From: Macrostomum hystrix
Lineage: Eukaryota > Animalia > Platyhelminthes
Direction: 5' to 3'
Length of the DNA: 64,000 bases
Assembly: GCA_950097015.1 (NCBI GenBank)
Contig: CATNEN010000029.1
Span: forward strand, 2,666,001 to 2,730,000
How positions within the stretch are numbered: the stretch's first letter is position 1; every line of letters starts with the position of its first letter. Of this stretch, positions 1-12,454 are shown piece after piece. The notes under the pieces were generated by a model. It ran no database searches and was not told the origin of the DNA. It saw only the letters and a list, made by a program, of their open reading frames with translations. The translations under genes were made by a program, and so were the position numbers.

Positions 1-636
1 CAGTCTGTTGTTCCTGAGGACCCTCTCATTCAGTCTGTTGTTCCTGAGGACCCTCTCATTCAGTCTGTTGTTCCTGAGGACCCACTCATTCAGTCTGTTG
101 TTCCTGAGGACCCTCTCATTCAGTCTGTTGTTCCTGAGGACCCTCTCATTCAGTCTGTTGTTCCTGAGGACCCACTCATTCAGTCTGTTGTTCCTGAGGA
201 CCCTCTCATTCAGTCTGTTGTTCCTGAGGACCCTCTCATTCAGTCTGTTGTTCCTGAGGACCCTCTCATTCAGTCTGTTGTTCCTGAGGACCCTCTCATT
301 CAGTCTGTTGATCCTGTAGACCCTCTCATTCAGTCTGTTGATCCTGTAGACCCTCTCATTCAGTCTGTTGTTCCTGTAGACCCTCTCATTCAGTCTGTTG
401 ATATTGTAGACCCTCTCATTCAGTCTGTTGTTCCTGTAGACCCTCTCATTCAGTCTGTTGTTCCTGAGGACCCTCTCATTCAGTCTGTTGTTCCTGATGA
501 CCCACTCATTCAGTCTGTTGTTCCTGTGGACCCTCTCATTCAGTCTGTTGATATTGTAGACCCTCTCATTCAGTCTGTTGTTCCTGTGGACCCTCTCATT
601 CAGTCTGTTGTTCCTGTGGACCCTCTCATTCAGTCT
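1..636. repeat. 30-bp minisatellite (CAGTCTGTTGTTCCTGAGGACCCTCTCATT)n, about 21 copies, truncated by the window edge
   Basis: Directly visible tandem array just downstream of the NSD stop codon; ORF 8..319 is an artefact of it. Confidence 0.97.
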
Positions 637-687
637 GTTAATAATTAGGTCTCTTTGTGTCGCTATTGTGAGCACTAGACTCCGAAA

Positions 688-3600
688 TCAGTCGCCGTTC
701 TCCTTGCCCTCGGACGAGGCTTGAAAAGCGACGAGAAGGTCGTCGTGCTCGCAGCACACGTAGTAAGAATTATTATTATTATTGTTACTGTTGACATTGG
801 CGCCAACTTCGGCGGCGTCGCCAGACGACATCCGATAGATGCGACCCTCGGCGTGCTCTGTGCAATAGGAGCCCGGACACTCGGAGCACAGCACGCCGGC
901 CGGCCGGCCGCATTCGTCGCAGTGATGCCAGGGGCAGTACCATTTGCCGAATGGCGCCTTGGCCAGGCCGAGGCAGCCCAGGTGATAGACCTTTGGGCAG
1001 CCCTCCTTGTCGCACATTATCATCTCGCCTCCGTCGCAGCATCTGCAGAAAAGCAAAACATACGCATATTGATCAATCTGTCTCATTTGTTGTTTATTCT
1101 ACTAGAATGAATTTATTTACCGTGAAACTTAAAGAAAGAAAATTCTAACGAAATCTCAAAATTTCTGAAACAGAAGCCGAATTTTCTTGATTATCGAATA
1201 ATAATTTTTTATTACACCTGCCCTAATCGGGCCAGATGTGCAGCCGACAGCACAGCCGCAGCTATTGCGCGGCGCATCTGAAGGCTGCGTACAGCTGTTC
1301 AGTCCATGGACTGGGGGGACGCCGCACCCACCCTTTATTACCCCAGCTAATGCTGGTACCCATTTAACAGCCGTGTGAACTGAAGTAATGCAGAGTTAAG
1401 TGTCATGCTAAAAACACAAAAAATTTTTCCAGTGGAGTCGGGAATCGAGCCCCCGACCTTCAAGTCGTGAGTCCGACGCTCTAACCACTAGGCTTCTAAG
1501 GCCGTAAAGACTACATTACTCGTATTATCATAACTATAGCGGTACCATAGTTTTGGGAATTCAGAAGTTGCCAGAGTTATTGGATTGTGGCATTCAGCCA
1601 CAAGGCCATGACTCAAATGCGAAATTTAGGAGGCTCGAAACTTACCGATAGCAAGTGTCTTCGTAAACAACTTTAGACACGGCTACGGAGCAGAGACCGC
1701 TAGCGGCGGTAGCGATGGCGCTCTTTGATCGACGGCCACGCTTCTTGCCAGTCTCGGCACAGTCTTTGGCGTCCTTGGCGGCTGCCGCATCGCGCAGCAG
1801 ATTAGCCGAAGATTTCGGCCGGACGCCCAGAAAGCCGGAGCAGTTGTCGGCTCCGCATTGGCAGGCCAATTTTTCGGCGCCCAAGCATTCGAAATTGTAA
1901 TTAAAGGTGAGCTCTTCGCCGGCTTTGATGTCGCGCAATGCGAATAGACCGATTCTGAGGTCGCCGTTAACCGACCACTTCTGAGTCACAAGGTTTGGCG
2001 AGCAGCTGTGGTTCATGAAGCGGCTCAGGTTGCCTTTTGGTCCGGCGTCGATGATGCGACCCTGGAAATATGCAAGCCAATCTGATAGAATAGCTTTACT
2101 ATGATGGACCATACATTTTTTGGACCTTAGAAATCGTCATTGAGGATCTTGATTAGTTTATATGCAGATCTTGGTTAGTTTCTGGCATCAATCCTAAAGT
2201 GTCAAGTTGAGCCATTGTACCGAAATAAATAACTTACCTTGTCCAGAGTGAGCATGTAAAAATTTGTAACTCCATTGTCGTGCGCCCAGCTGAGCCGTTT
2301 GCGAGCCTCCTCTTCGTCCACTAAATCGCCAACGTACTCGTTCACAAATGCGCCTTTAGCAATGTCCTGCATGGCTTTGAGGCCCCAGCCGCGATCGCCC
2401 TGGTTGGTCTTGAATACGGCCTGGAGACGAACAGAATAACTAGAATGTACATGCTGCGAAGCATTTCTTAGCTTTTCTCCCAGTCTTTCTTACCAGTCTA
2501 ATGTTTACTTCTGTCTTTCTCACTAGTTTTATGATTTTCGGTCATTATCACCTATTTCAATTTCCCACAGACATTATCACCAGTTTCAATTTACCCGCAG
2601 TCATTATCACCTATTTCAATTTTTCCACAGTCATTATCACCAGTTTCAATTTACCCACAGTCATTATCACCAGTTTCAATTTCCCCACAGTCATTATCAC
2701 CAGTTTCAATTTCCCCACAGTCATTATCACCAGTTTCAATTTCCCCGCAGTCATTATCACCTGTTTCAATTTCCCCCACAGTCATTATCACCAGTTTCAA
2801 TTTCCCCGCAGTCATTATCACCTGTTTCAATTTCCCCGCAGTCATTATCACCAGTTTCAATTCCCCCCGCAGTCATTATCACCTGTTTCAATTTCCCCCG
2901 CAGTCATTATCACCTGTTTCAATTTCCCCGCAGTCATTATCACCAGTTTCAATTCCCCCCGCAGTCATTATCACCTGTTTCAATTTCCCCCGCAGCCATT
3001 ATCACCCGTTTCAATTTCCTCGCAGTCATTATCACCTGTTTCAATTTCCCCGCAGTCATTATCACCTGTTTCAATTTCCCCGCAGTCATTATCACCTGTT
3101 TCAATTTCCCCGCAGTCATTATCACCTGTTTCAATTTCCCCGCAGTCATTATCACCGTTACAGTTACAGAAAAAAGTAAAAAAAGGTGTCTAAAGTTTTC
3201 CAAATCCTCACTAGTTTTTATGTTGAGTTTTTTCCTATCTTCTTACCTGAGTTGGATATTCTCGTTTAACGAATCGCTGTTTTTTGCAGCGGTCATTATC
3301 ACCTATTTCAATTTTCCCACAGACATTATCACCAGTTTCAATTTACCCACAGTCACTATCACATGTATCAATTTACCCACAGTCATTATCACCTGTTTCA
3401 ATTTCCCCGCAGTCATTATCACCTGTTTCAATTTCCCCGCAGTCATTATCACCTGTTTCAATTTGCCCGCAGTCATTATCACCGTTACCGTTACAGAAAA
3501 AAGTAAAAAAAGGTGTCTAAAGTTTTCCAAATCCTCACTAGTTTTTATGTTGAGTTTTTCCTATCTTCTTACCTGAGTTGGATATTCTCGTTTAACGAAT

Positions 3601-6600
3601 CGCTGATTTTTGCAGCGCTCCTTGGCCTCGCACAGGCTCGGGTGGCATTCGTAGTTGAGCACCCGGTTTATGCAGTCAGTGTCCGAGCCGCACGGATCCG
3701 GACTGTCCGCCGAGCAGTCGCAGCGGTGCAGCTCGGACAGATCGGCCGCTTTGAAGATTCGAACCTGCGATAGGCAGATGCGGATGGGTGATGGGTGAAG
3801 GTGTGTAATATAGAAGTAGATATAACGCACTAGATAGTTAAAGGTAGGTAGAATGAAAGGTATGAAGGCGAAGTGAAAAGAAGACTGGTGGCTCGAAAGG
3901 TGTACAGGTGGATGGAAAAGTAGATGCGCAGATAGAAAGGTAGATGGTTGGATGGAAGGTAGACAGGCGGATGGAAAGGTAGATAGGCAGGATGGAAAAG
4001 TAGATAGGCTGATGGAAAGGTAGTCAAGAGGATGGAAAGGTAGACAAGAGGATAGAAAGGTAGATAGGCGGATGTAAATGTAAATAGGCGGTTGGAAAGG
4101 CAGACAAGCAGATGGAAAGGTAGATAGGCCGATGGAAATGTACACAAGCAGATGGAAAGGTAGATAGGCCGATGGAAAGGTAGACAAGCGGATGGAAAGG
4201 TAGATGGGCGGATGGAAAGGTAGACAAGCGGATGGAAAGGTAGATAAGCGGACTGGAAAGGTAGATAGGGCGGATGGAAAGGTAGACAAGCGGACGGAAA
4301 GGATAGATAGGGCGGATGGAAAGGTATAGGCGGATGGATAGATAAGAGACACTAAAAGCAAAGGCTAATAGATATTTTTTCGAATTAAATACAGTATATA
4401 CAATATAGGCAGGCAGGTACACTCACATTTCCAATAGGATAATTAGTCCTAATAAACTTATAGGGCGGCGGCTTCTTGCTCTGCTCCATTTTGTCGCGGT
4501 TCTCACGCATCTCCCTGACAAGTCGGCAGGCCTCCTGAGCCAACCGGACGCCCTCCTTAAACAGCTGCACTAGCCGGCCGGAGCCTTGTGTCTTGCGCAG
4601 ATCGCTGAGATCGCCATCTTCGAATTCGAATACGCGACCTTTGTGCACCCAATAATATTCGTCCGTGCCAAAGAAATGAACGGGAAAGGTGCCCTTCTGA
4701 TGAGCCATGCGTTGAATGTTCAAAGGCGCGTGGTCCTGGATAGAGAATCTCGCACGGCCACCAGCGGAAGTGGCCGACCTTCACCCAGACGATGTCGCCA
4801 TAGCGCGGCTGCCTGCCCATGCGGCAATCATCGCAGGTGAATTGCTCAGGCAGTTCGCTGAGCTTCAGGCACTCAGGATGAAACGAGGCGGGGCAACGTT
4901 CGCAGCAGACCAGGGAGCCGCCCTGCGATGGGTGGGAGTGGATTTTGCTTCGACTTATTATTATAGATGAGTCACTATAGATCAATTCCGTGCAGTCAAC
5001 TTTATTTCCAACAATAGAAAACTCACCTGAGAGCACAAGAAGCACCATGACACGTTAATAGTCTTGGCAGATTTGTCGCGGAGATGCTCCGGACAGACGA
5101 TGCAAGTCTCCGACAGCTCCTCGCTGCCGGCTGGCACGCAGAAGTCGCCGCCGTGATAAGCGGCCGGACAGCGGACGCAGCGGACCAGCTTGGAGGAACC
5201 CGTGGCCCGGCTGGAGGAGGACGGTCCAGACGGCGGCGCATCAACGCAGCAAGCCAGGCAGGCGTGCTGCGGACAGACCAGGCCGCGAGTCTCAACTCGG
5301 GCAAACGGCATGGAGCCGGCGCAGGCTTCGTGGTACTGTTTGCCGCAGCCGCTGACGTGACAGCGCAGCAGACGCTTGCCGCCAGCGTCCTGCTTGCACA
5401 GGAAGCAGAGCAATCTGCCGGCCGCGCAATCGGCGCATTTTTTCACGCCAGACACGGCGTCCGTTGGCCTCCTCGCCGTGGCTCTCGACATTGGCGGCGA
5501 CGCCGTCGGCTAGGCAGACAACGTGGAACTGAAGGGAGCAGGAGTCGCATGGAACAACTTCGCCACCCAATTCACATTTTGAGCAAACTGGGGCGCGCTT
5601 CACACTGCTGGGCGCCTGCAAAAGGCGTTGAAATTCGAACCGGCCGTCAGGAGCGGCCACCGGGCGTAGGGTCGGAGGACTTCTCCGTAGCGCCACTCTC
5701 TCCGCTGTCGCTGTCGTCCGGCGCGGCGGCAACAGAGCCGTTGTGTTGAACCGACTTCGGCGGGCGGCCCCGCCTACGCTGCTTGGACGGCCGGCCCGAA
5801 CTATGCCCATTCTTGACGCCGTCATTCGCTGCATCGCCCTCGTCGGCATCGTCGCCAACGCCTCCGATGACGTCATCAAATACAGATTCCAGTTGCAGAC
5901 TGACACCCGGGGGTGGCGGCGAGGCCAGGGTAATCTTGAGCCGCTTCGCCAGCTTCGGCCGCTTCTTTGGCGGACTGGCCGCTGCTGATGCACCCGCTGC
6001 GACACTCAACTGCGAAGATTCGGCTGCTTCGGCGGCGGACGCGGACTCAGATTTCGGACTGTTGAAGATGTCACCCTGTCCACTCACATCATCCGCGACC
6101 GCATTTGTCGAAGATTGCGACTTTAACGGGCGACCGCGCTTTTTACCAGCGGCTGGAGTCGGCGTTTTTTGCTGCTGCTGCAGCTGCTTACTAGGCGGGT
6201 CGATGTAGACCCGACCAAAGCGGGCCATCCGCTCGGCCCGGTCCATGGCGTAGGCTAGCTCAGCCTCGCGCCAGGAGGCCTCCCAGGCAGGCGCGATTCT
6301 GGCCTTCACCTCGAAAATGCGCGGCGGCCGTTTTGCCACCATTGCGGGTCTGATCCGCAACGTAACTCATCGTAGCCATCCTTGCCCTCGTATGGTATTA
6401 GATTAGCATTGTCTGGCACCCAGGCGCGTTCAACAAGCGGGCCAAAGAACTGCACGTGATAAGCCACTTTGCATTTGCCATGCGGCCGGCAAACTGTGTT
6501 GCCAAAATGCGGCCCATAGTAAATCATGCAGGGCCAGAATGGATGACTGCCCACCTTGGCCCAGAGCATGTCGCCTAAGCGATACTTCTGACCCTCAATC

Positions 6601-6707
6601 AGTTCCGGTTCTACGGGCTCCGACTGAGCTAAGAGACGCTTTTGTGACGAAGGTGGCAGAGCCATGTCAGATAGCTCTGGGGCTGGTATTGGACTCAACT
6701 CCTCCAT
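688..6707 (-). CDS. NSD: NSD-family histone H3K36 methyltransferase (NSD1/2/3, Mes-4-like); 5' half interrupted by four apparent frameshifts
   Basis: Exons with GT-AG and consistent phase: 6707-5027 (PWWP1 [11 protein letters not shown]; PHD1-3), 4922-4427 (PHD4; PWWP2 [12 protein letters not shown]), 3764-3573 (AWS), 2420-2238 (SET 5' part, RGWGL..EYVG), 2061-1646 (SET RFMNHSC..ELTFNY; post-[13 protein letters not shown]), 1042-688 (PHD5/C5HCH, stop). Domain order is diagnostic of NSD. Frame changes near 6360, 5660, 5437, 4737. Confidence 0.93.
1267..1503 (-). mobile_element. tRNA-derived SINE with CORE-like central domain (NSD intron)
   Basis: Minus strand begins GGCCTTAGAAGCCTAGTGGTTAGAGCG (A-box-like) and GGCTCGATTCC (B-box-like), then GACACTTAACTCTGCATT..TAAATGGGTACC (CORE-like); second copy at 29743-29945, tail fragment near 26655-26692. 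Confidence 0.75.
2541..3490. repeat. ~30-bp minisatellite (GTCATTATCACCTGTTTCAATTTCCCCGCA)n in two runs, separated by a duplicated exon end
   Basis: Visible array in the NSD intron between the AWS and SET exons. Confidence 0.95.
3895..4345. repeat. ~20-bp minisatellite (GATGGAAAGGTAGAYARGCR)n
   Basis: Visible array in an NSD intron. Confidence 0.9.
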
Positions 6708-8531
6708 GGCTGAAGAAATGAGGAGGTTTGTGTGCTATAAACTTTTAAGCGATAAAATACTTAAGGGGTTTATGTCTTTTACCTTAACACTCTGATAGAA
6801 TCTGATCATGGAAAAATATGCTTGGCTTTCATAATAGAAAACTGACAAAAAACTAAATACATGCAGCATAGGCAAATGAACAAGACAAAAGAACTGTAAG
6901 TTTATTATATACTTTGTCTTAGGTATGCCTTATGAAGCATAATTATGTAAAATTCAGCACAAAATAGGCAAAAAGTTAACATTTTAGGAATACAGACTTC
7001 GATTTTGAAACAAATTCAGCAACTGAGATGATAAAAAAGTCATGGCTATCAGCTTTGAAGCCACAATAGCAACTTAGCCACTTATTGGTTAAAAAGTTTT
7101 ATACATGGTAGTGTTACAAGTTCTTAGTCCTGAATGTCAAACCTTTTTATAAGTTTAAATAAAATTTAAATAAAGCAGGAAATTGTCAAAAATGTAAGTA
7201 TATCAAAACCTATATATACAAAAGTTATATATGCCGGACTATATTCAGTTGATTACATGAAGCTAGCTCTAGCTGTCCCAATAATGTGTATTCATTAGTT
7301 CCCGTAAGAGTAAAAATGAATGGATAGGCTAGCTAAACTAATGATTTTAGTGATTTTGGATTATTTAACACACATTCTGGTAGGCTTATTATTACTCTTG
7401 GGCTTTTCAGTTGATTGCTTTGACAAGTAATAGGGCCAAGTGAATAGCAAACTAATTGTGAACAATGACATGTTCACAAACCAAAACATGTAAACCAGGC
7501 CTTCATTTTGTCCACTCCAATGATTGACACCAACACCATTAAGAGGATCTTGGGCCCACATCTAGGCAACATAAATTCAGGGCAATGCATGGCACCTCTG
7601 ATTAAAAGATCTCACCACCCCCTGGCACTGCCTGTTTACAAGGATGATTAATATATGATTACTGATTATTACTGATTATAAAATTACTATAGAAATTATG
7701 CTATTTTGCTACAGTACTAGTTGCAATATTTAGGCTATCATATTTATTTTATGCTACAAGTTTATTTAATACAAATTGTGAAAGTTTTAAAAGTTTAAAA
7801 GTTTGAAAAAAAATTAAAATAATTCTATAGGGCCTACAATCAGATCTCTTGCTTTTACTTTCCCTCCAATGACAATTTTACAAAGTTTAAGTAATATTAA
7901 ACATAGTTTTGCAATATTTCTAACCAATTTAATTTATGAATTTATAATAGAAAAATGACCAAAGCATTGTCTGTCATAAAATTAGTTCTCTTAAAATTCA
8001 TTTATAGATATCTAAAAAAATAAATTCAGCCTTTTACTCATATATGAGTAAGTTAATCCCACAATCATCGAGTCAGCAAGATATTCACTATAATGTTCAG
8101 TTAGGAAAATATCAATACTGAAATCTAAACCATGTTGCAGATTTATAAATAAGCTTTCTACTAAATTTGTAAAATATAAACATGTCTTTAACATACATAT
8201 TTAGACCACACAAGTGGCAACTGTCACAGGAGGAGCTCAAATGTGCAGTTGAGGCAATCAAGGTTGGTACTGATAAGAAGCTTCTTTAACAGTCATTGCA
8301 GGAATCCAAGGGAAAGAATATGATTCTGTGCAATATCCATAATCTGGTGGCTAGGCCTACTGTCACTGCATATGACAAATGCCAATGTGGTGCAGGTAGT
8401 TGACAGTTTAGGCACTGTTCCCTATTTATTAACTCACATCATGATGAGGGGGAGTTCATTGGCATCCTATGTCAAGATAGAGAAATGAAAGAGATACACC
8501 AGAATTTCGCTGAGGTTCTATTATACTTATC

Positions 8532-9077
8532 CATACATGTGCAACCTCCCAAATCTTAGCATACATGCGCAACACCCGGCCGACCCGGCCGAACCGGCCG
8601 GGTGAAACGAGGGCCAAGCAAGGTAAGTCGCAAAAACCAATCGACCAAGCGCCAAAAAATCAAAGGGGGGACCAAGGGACAAAAAAGGAAGGCGTGAAGA
8701 AAAGGAAAAAGGGGAGAGAAAAAGAGAGCAAATGAGAGCAAACTAAGTCGTAAATAGAGCAATGAAACGAACTAAGTCGCAAATGAGAGCAAAAACTAAG
8801 TCGCAAGGCCGGCTAAGATTTGGGAGGTTGCGCATGTATGAATCTTAGCCAGCCGTGCAACTTAGTTTTTGCTCTATTTAAAAATTAGTTTGCTCTCATT
8901 TGCTCTCTTTTTCTCTCCCCTTTTTCCTCTTCTTCACGCCTTCCTTATTTGTCCCTTGGTCCCCTTTGATTTTCTTGCACTTGGTTGATTGGTTTTTGCG
9001 ACTTACCTTGCTTGGCCTTGGCCCTCATTTCACCCGGCCAGTTCGGCCAGGTCAGCCAGGTGTTGCGCATTATGTAC
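8532..9077. mobile_element. Foldback/MITE-like inverted-repeat element
   Basis: 8559-~8800 is the reverse complement of ~8860-9077; a second 28-bp inverted pair CATACATGTGCAACCTCCCAAATCTTAG (8532) / CTAAGATTTGGGAGGTTGCGCATGTATG (8813-8840). Confidence 0.7.
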
Positions 9078-9349
9078 TTATCAACTTCATTGACTTTTTA
9101 CATTTCACATAACAATATACACTAAGTAATCATATCTACAAGCATGTGTATGCACATAGGCCTACTAAAGATTGCAAGTATAGGCCCTATGGTAAAACAA
9201 AGTAGGAAGTGCATGCCACAAAGCATGCCTTTGTGTATATACATGTACATCTCAAAGTAGGCCTAACCAGTCAAATAGCCATGTATATTATTCATCCAAT
9301 AACAATAAAACCAGAAGGCTGATAAGACATGGTTACCAGACTAATAGGA

Positions 9350-10690
9350 TCCTAGTCATTTTGTCAACTGGTCACTTCGTCAACTGGATTCCCATATTGG
9401 TCATTTCATCAACTGGGCAATGAGGCTATCTCAAACCTTGGTCATTTCGTCAACTGCTAATAAAATATCACCCATTCTGTGACTTGTATGGCTTGTATAG
9501 CCTAACCCATACAAATATAGACAAGGAATGCTTTGTTAAAACAATTTTCACATTCAAATTGGTTGAACTGAATAAATTAGTGCATTAGTATATCTAGTTT
9601 ATACCACATAACCACAGTCCCTTGAATTTGAATATACTGTAGTGTAAATATACTGGTGCAATGTCATCACAAATATATCACAAAGATCAAAAAGGCCACA
9701 AATATTAAGGGGGTCGGGCATACATCTACATGTACATATGAGTACAATGTAAATGTACATGTACAATGCTACATTCCTGACTATGGTGTAAGAGTATGGA
9801 AGAGCTCCGCCACAGGCCCACAAGTGGCACACGACCATGCAAACATGTCTTGCCGCATAAGCGCCTATAAATGCTTGTTAGATTCCAGTTCCACAAATTT
9901 GATTTTGCCACTTTTGCCAAATTACACTGTATATATGGCCTGTTGATATGGCCGCAGTCTCTGAGCACTGAATACACTTTCAGTCTCCATTGCCAAGATG
10001 CAAAAATTGAGTGGCCCTCCTGAAAATCTTTTAAACTTTACCCGACTCGAATCTGTAAGTGGGGACCATTACAAAGTTTGCCGTCTACATTAGGAGTCGG
10101 GAATTCCCGACTCAAATCCCAACTTGAATCTGTAAGGGGGGACCATTACAAAGTTTGCAAATCCATTCCCGACTTGAATTATTTTCTTAAACTCGAATTA
10201 CATATACTGGTATACCGCCTCGAATCCCAACTTGAATCTGTAAGGGGGGACCATTACAAAGTTTGCAAATCCATTCCCGACTTGAATTATTTTCTTAAAC
10301 TCGAAGAAACTCAATGGCTGTGAAGATGGATTGAGAGAATTAACAGATGTCAAAAGATGTTCAATTTGTTTGTTTCAATTCAGTAGGGATTTCAGAAAGT
10401 GGCGCTTTCTAGGAGAGGGATGCTTTCCAACAAAACATGACAACGTGCAATGTGACCCTTCACACAACTCCCCCTAGGCCTACTCTCTCTCTCTCCCTCT
10501 CTCACACATGTTGGTTCTCTTACAATGAATGTCAATTTGCATCTAGATGCATGCATGATGTTAACTAGACAATATACATTACACTATAACAATTTTTGAC
10601 AATGTTAACTGGTTGGCAAAGTGACTAACAGTATGAGGTTATTTCGCCAGACAGCAGTTGGCAAAATGACCAGCACCCAACCAATAAGGT
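9350..10690 (-). mobile_element. Putative non-autonomous Mutator-like derivative with a decayed PHD finger
   Basis: Repeated GTCA(T/C)TT(T/C)G(T/C)CAACT motifs at 9355-9456 and in inverted orientation at 10610-10682; minus strand ~9815-9975 gives frameshifted IQCNL..KWQNQICGTGI..FAWSCATC, similar to the PHD at 13440-13570. Confidence 0.45.
10030..10305. repeat. Direct repeats with ~108-bp period (GAATCTGTAAGGGGGACCATTACAAAGTTTG core, 3 copies)
   Basis: Two near-identical copies from 10115 and 10223 plus a partial copy from 10048. Confidence 0.85.
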
Positions 10691-12454
10691 GGTTTGCAAT
10701 TTGTCCAGTTACTGGACAAAGTAACTGGACTTTATTCTTATTTGCCTTGTTACTAGACCAATAACCTTACTTCCTTGTAATAAATAGACCTATATGTATT
10801 ACATAACACAAATTTAACTTATCAAGTACTACTTATCTTATATCCACTCATTGCTAAATTAAGAAAAAAAGTTTAGAAAAAATATAATACAATGTCACAA
10901 CAACAAATTAACACTCACCACTGCCACTAAAATTTAAGTGTCACAAGTTTTTATGAAACAGTTATTAGGCCTAGTATGAGTAAAATTACTTGACAAAATA
11001 ACTTAGGACCAAAAAAGTTTCTGTTTAAAGTATATGACCTACAACTACTAGGATATACTATAGAGTAGTATATCCACCATTATATGAAATTAATGTATCT
11101 AGGCCTATTTGTGAAAAAAAATTATAATATAAGTTTAAGTAGGTTTAGTTAGGCGATTTCAATAGAATAATACAGAGCAAGGCAGGTCCTGGAACAGGAT
11201 TCATGGATAATGCCTAAGCTTAATGTGATATGACTAAGGTCCAAATAGAGAAATGATAAAACTAGTTTCAATCATTGGATTTTAAGTACTGGAGTAGAAT
11301 AGCGTACGAGCTACGACGCCGACGAGGCACAACTTATCGGCAAATTAAGAAATTTCAAAAGAGCGTCACTTTAGTTATAACTAACTTTTATGGCCTTTCT
11401 TAAAATTTGTATCCTTTTGAAGTGATGATTTAGGGGTGATTTAGCTAGTGAAGTGAAGCGTAGAATTTAGGTATATGATTATGTGCTTTGCTTAATTAAT
11501 AATGTGCTTTATGGGATTGCTTATCTCTGTTCGCTATCACAGTCCCTTACAGCTTTGCTAGTTTTTCTCTCTTTTGGCCTAATTATTTAAATGTAAAAAT
11601 ACTTATTTGGCATTATTAATGACCAAAAATTAAAATACATGTGTATCAAATAGGCATTACAGGCTTCTTGGACTCGAATGAGCTAAATTTACTAATATAT
11701 ACTATAAAAAATTACTAATATATACTATAAAAATTTTACTACTGTATAATATAATTCTATATTATATTTAGCGAATTTTATAATTACATTATCTCATTAG
11801 GCCTAGCGACCCTGAGTAAAAGCCTAGACCTGCAGACTCAATTATGTCTCCTATAATATGTTATTGTATTTATCAATGTTATAGTTGTATAATATAAAAT
11901 TAGACATATTATAATATATTTTACCTTTTATGTTATAATAGGCCCCTATATTGTACACTGGATGTAGGTGGCTGGCAACTCCAGTTACAAAATTCCAGTT
12001 TCAATTTTTGTCCTCCTTTTAAATCCCTCTATCTATCCAAAATAAGGAATGGAAACAACATTGCCCAATATCTCTTGGTTAACTTAGGCCTAATTAATAA
12101 ATTAGAAAGCAAGTAAATTGCTTATTATCAATAGAAACTTTTATAGGCCTTATGTAAGAATGGGTTGACAAAAAATACAATTATTTGCAAAAACGAAAGT
12201 GCTTAATTTTTTTACCTTAAACAAGATTTAATCTTTGGTTCAGGTCAAATGCTAGAATTAGGTTCATTTTGGTCACATAAACTTCAGAAATGGACATTTC
12301 TGTAACAAGCAAAAGACAGTTTGGTAACACAAACTTTGGTAACAGACATTTCAGTAGGCCCTAACATAGTCAGGAGACTTTGGTAACTTGAAGAATACCA
12401 AGTCATTAGTCCTCAACAAAGAAATTAAAACAGTATATATCATTTATTTAGTCA

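Noticed and set aside
1420-1503. tRNA gene (also 29870-29945)
   Set aside because: A/B-box-like motifs but no complete cloverleaf, and continuous with a shared SINE body
5619-5663. 45-nt intron ending CCTTTTGCAG to explain the frame change before PHD1
   Set aside because: Available GT donors give the wrong phase
6348-6366. 17-nt GT..AG micro-intron that would restore the NSD frame
   Set aside because: Far below normal spliceosomal intron size for this gene set and does not explain the other three frame changes; an indel is simpler
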